From: Chiloscyllium plagiosum
Lineage: Eukaryota
DNA: 64,000 bases
Assembly: GCF_004010195.1 (NCBI RefSeq)
Contig: NC_057711.1
Location: 82,923,237 to 82,987,236, forward strand
Direction of reading: 5' to 3'
The notes under the pieces are model-generated. The model did no database searches, was not told the DNA's origin, and was given only the letters and a program-made list of their open reading frames with translations. Shown here one piece after another: positions 60,236 through 64,000 of the stretch. A program made the translations under genes and the position numbers. The first letter of the stretch is position 1, and each line of letters opens with the position of its first letter.

Positions 60236-61230
60236 AACTTTCTAAACTACTCATGATCCAATGAGCTTTTACCTTCTTATCAGTTTCCCATATGGGAGAT
60301 TATCAAAGTGTCTTACTGTAATCCATTAAAATACATCAACTGCCCTTCCCTCATCCAAAGACTTGGTCACCTCCTTGATAAATTCCACCAGATTTGTTAG
60401 ACATGACCTTGTGACAAAATTAAGCTAACTATCCCTTATCAAACCTTGCATCTCCAAGTGGAGATCCATTCTCTCCTTCACTGTTTTCTCCAGTAATTGC
60501 CTCAACTAAGTATTAGACTCACTGAAACATAGAACAGTACAGCACAGGAACAGGCCCTTCAGCCCACAATATCTTTGCTGACAATGATGCCATTCTGTAT
60601 AATCCCATCTGCTTGCACATGGTCTGTATCTGTCTATTCCTACATGTTCATGTTTCTCTGGATGCCTCTTAAACCTTGCTATCAACCTCATGTGGCAGTG
60701 TGTTCCAGGCACCTGTCCCCTTCCATGTAAAACATTTTCCTCGCACATTTTCCTTAAACCTTTCCCCTTACCTGAAACCTACGCTCCTTAGTATTTGACA
60801 TCTCCACCCTGAGAAAATGATTCCAACTATCCACGCCTCTCAATTTTATATACTTCTATCAGGTCACTCTTTAGCGTCCAACACTCTCGCAAAACAATCC
60901 GAGTTTGTCCAACCTCTCCTTATAGCTAATACATTCCGATCAAGGTAACATCTTGGTAAACCTCTTTTGCACCTTCTCCAAAGCCTCCACATCCTTCAGA
61001 ACTGCACACAATACTTCAACTGTGTTCCTAGTTCCTCCCCCTCTCTGTCTCTCTCTACCATCATTTGTATAAAAGGGAACCATATTAGCTGTCTCCTTCA
61101 CTTCTCTGGCTTCTCACACGTGGCCAGAGATGTTTGAAAAATTTGGGTTAGGTCCCGTGTAATTTCTTGCCCTCATATTCCACAACATCTTGTGATACAG
61201 TTGTTCCTGACTCTGGATTTGTCCATTTTT
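60236..61230 (-). mobile_element. Older CR1 fragments (RT piece continuing 58560-58700; 3' end at 60525-61025)
   Basis: VPQGSVLGPLL at ~58600 and CR1 tail ACATAGAACAGTACAGCACAGGAACAGGCCCTTC at 60527. Confidence 0.75.
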
Positions 61231-61305
61231 AAAGCCGCCAAAGTCTGAGGTCAAAGTACCAGGATTGCATACAGTGCTCCAGGTGCAGTCTAACCAATGT
61301 TCCTA

Positions 61306-61640
61306 CATGGTGGCTCAGTGGTTAGCTCTGCTGCCTCACAGCAGCAGGAACCTAGTTTGATTCCATCCTTGGTGACTGGCTGTGTGGAGTTTGCACATTC
61401 TCCCCATGGCTGCATAGGTTTCGGCTGGGTGCTCAAGTTTCCTCCCACAGGTTAGGTGGATTGGCCATGGTAAATTGCTCCATATTGTCCAGGTTGTACA
61501 GGCTAGGTGGATTAACCATGTTTAATGCAGGGTTACAAGGATAGGGTTGGAGGTGTTGTGGGTCTGGGTGGGATGATCAGAGGATTGGTAGAGACTCGGT
61601 GGGTCAAATGGCCTCTTTCTACATTGTAGGGATTCTATTA
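61306..61640 (+). mobile_element. Older HE1-type V-SINE
   Basis: TGGCTCAGTGGTTAGC...GCCTCACAGC head, V-domain TGTGTGGAGTTTGCACATTCTCCCC, and tail ...TGTAGGGATTCTAT. Confidence 0.85.
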
Positions 61641-62237
61641 ATACTGCTGCTGTGAGAAATTTAAGGAACAAAGTACCCCAAGGCTTCTAACCAATGCCAG
61701 TGACCTCACGTTTAATTTCTGGAGACTTTCAACAATACATTTCTAGGGTCCAACAACCTTAAAACCAATCAGGACTCAAGAATATTTGGAAAGGGCAAAA
61801 AAAAATCTGGCATGTTTAGTTACCAATTACACTGGATTTGCACACTTAGTTTGATGAATGACGAGGAAGAGTCAAAAGAGCTGCATATTTAGAATGGGAA
61901 ACAGAATAGTAATGAAGCTGGTGGTGTCAATAAAAAAGAGATAAACTGAATAAGGGATGGTGAAAAGAGAAGATTGGACATGAGGCATGAATGAGTGTGC
62001 ATTCGGGGAAGATCAGGAAGGTCAATAGAAATTGGGAATGGACTAGATGGACAAGTGCAGGAAAGGAAAAACACTGTGTACAGTTATGGGGGCTAGAGTG
62101 CAGATTAATGGGCGAGCTTTCAGGTGAAGCAAAGTAAAATTGCATACAGACTAGAATGCTTTGTCGGGCCAGTTAAAAACTATTGTTTCATGAGCATGCA
62201 CTGCAGGAATTAGAGAGGCCAGAGATCTGCTTGCACA

Positions 62238-62635
62238 TTGAATTGAATTGAATTTATTGTCACCTGTACCTAGGCACAGTGAAAAGCTTTGTCTTGTGAG
62301 CAATACAGGCAGATCACAGAGTTAAATAGCATAGATAAGTAAATAATAGGTAAACAGCGGCAAAGACAAAAACACAGGTACAGGCAAATGTTAAGAGTTT
62401 GTAAGCCCGTTCAGTATTTGAACAACAGTAGGGTAGAAACTGTTACAAAACAGGTTGGTGCGAGTGTTCAGGCTTCTGTGCCTTCTCCCCGATGGTAGAG
62501 GTTGTAGAAGAACATTGCCAGGGTGGGATGGAGAATGCTGGCAGCCTTTCCTTGACAGCAAGCCTCATTGATGGATTCTATGGATGGGAGGGTGACCTTT
62601 GTGATTGTCCGGGTCGAATTCACCACTCTCTGTAA
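62238..62635 (-). mobile_element. L2/Rex-Babar-like LINE 3' end
   Basis: (TTGAA)n tail followed by TTTATTGTCAC. CTTCTGTGCCTTCTCCCCGATGGTAG encodes LPSGRR on the minus strand, typical of Rex1/L2 C-termini. Confidence 0.6.
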
Positions 62636-63139
62636 TATGTTCCTAAATATCTCAAATACTCAAAACTGAATCAAAACAGAAATGAAAAAAAAATCAATTG
62701 CACAAGCACTCAGCAAACAATTCTCTATTGAAATGAAACACTCATTGCAGCATTGAGGTAAACAAGCTCTAACCACTCATAACACTGACATCTCAGCCAG
62801 GTCATGTAAAGCATAGCTACTGAGCTGCAGGGCAGCTCACACTCAGTGACACTGGTGAGGAGAGATTGGTCTCTATGAAGCCATGCAGAAGCCTTCGTCA
62901 GACTTAGTATCTGAATCTTAAGGAGACAGGGAACAAACCATTATCCATGTTGTTTATTCCAGCATTGTAAGGCTGTGCTACAGGGCTAGAGAAGGTAACC
63001 AATATCAGTTAGAGCTAGGTGCCACACAGATGGAATATACTATCATGCTCAAGGCTACATGTTCCTTGAAAATGGCCCTTGTTGATACATGGGGTGACTA
63101 GAGAGCAGGCTTTTGCTTTTGACAGGGTAAGGCCTACTC

Positions 63140-63500
63140 CCAATTTTCAAGCCCACTGACTCTCACTATTACCTCAACTGCAATTCCCTCACATCCTACT
63201 TCCTGCAAGTATTCCATTCTCTCAGTTTTCCATTTCTGTCACATCTGTTTTGATGATGCCATCTTCCACCATGCTTCCTTGGACATTTCCTTCTTTCTCC
63301 TCAACTGTGACATTTCCTTCTTTCCCCCAACTGTGGTGGACAGGGTCTTCAGCCATGTCTGATCCATCTCCTGCATTTCTGCCCTCACCCTTTCCTCTTC
63401 TTCAGGAGGTCCTGAAAAAGGGTTACACACGAAATGTTGACTTCTCCACCTCGTTATGCTGCCTGGCTTGCTGTGTTCTTCCAGCATCTGCTTGTCTACA
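63140..63500 (+). mobile_element. Internally deleted old Penelope fragment
   Basis: KPTDSHYYL...SHP.SCK.SIPFSQF motif followed by a terminal repeat with a decayed hammerhead (CTGAAAAAGGG...CGAAA). Confidence 0.7.
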
Positions 63501-64000
63501 TTGACTTTGAATAGGTGACAACTCTTCCTTTCCATCTGAGGCCCAAGCTGAGAGAATTACTTGGCTTTCCACCTACCAGTCTCAAAACTGTGTTCTGGTG
63601 GAAGTGACCTTGAGTGGTCACTAATGGCAGTCTAGCCTTCCCTCATGCCCTGCCTCAGAACTGCACTCCCACCCCCAACAAATCTACCAGCGAGGGATCT
63701 GAGTGAGTGAAAATGCATGTGTTCGGCTAATGAATTAAGCACATTCAATGAGTGTAAAGCTTTAATGGTAACTGATCTTTATTTGAGTGTGTTGGTGTCT
63801 TTAGTGCAGTATGCTTGATTGGTAAGCCTGTAGGTGGAGCTGGAGAGACAGTATGCAGTGTTCTGGAGACACCTGTGGGCTAACAGAGATATATGGGTGC
63901 GATAACGTCTGTGAAGCTCTAAGATGTTTTAAATCATGCAAATGCACTGTTTGGTTTTAGAATATTGCTTTGAGATAAATCAGACAGATGTACAGCAGTT

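Noticed and set aside
1..64000. CRISPR arrays, rRNA genes or prokaryotic operons
   Set aside because: No regularly spaced direct repeats, rRNA motifs or gene-dense architecture; the DNA is vertebrate and TE-rich.

Overview
Repeat-dominated vertebrate genomic DNA, almost certainly an elasmobranch (shark): HE1-type V-SINEs and HER1/CR1-type LINEs are diagnostic. There are three N-gaps (16963-17139, 34423-35295, 59499-60089). I cannot confidently identify any host protein-coding gene. Most of the window consists of decayed, nested retroelements: many CR1 LINEs, a second CR1/L2-clade LINE family with a tRNA-like head, Penelope-like elements (PLEs) with hammerhead-ribozyme cores and 14-15 bp TSDs, a Ty3/Gypsy remnant, SINEs and a probable solo LTR. 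The most interesting structure is a 6.56 kb defective endogenous retrovirus (38364-44923, 4-bp TSD GATG) inserted into a LINE. It retains gag with a CCHC knuckle, protease, RT N-terminus, RNase H, integrase with a GPY/F module, a 32-codon Env TM/YxxL-like remnant behind a ~27-bp hairpin, a PPT and two LTRs. Its 3' LTR carries a 683-bp internally deleted FLYWCH-type Mutator (MULE/Phantom-like) DNA transposon inserted exactly at the TATA box, which the 9-bp TSD duplicates. The ORF track misses this transposon. All family assignments come from motif recognition by eye; no database search was run.
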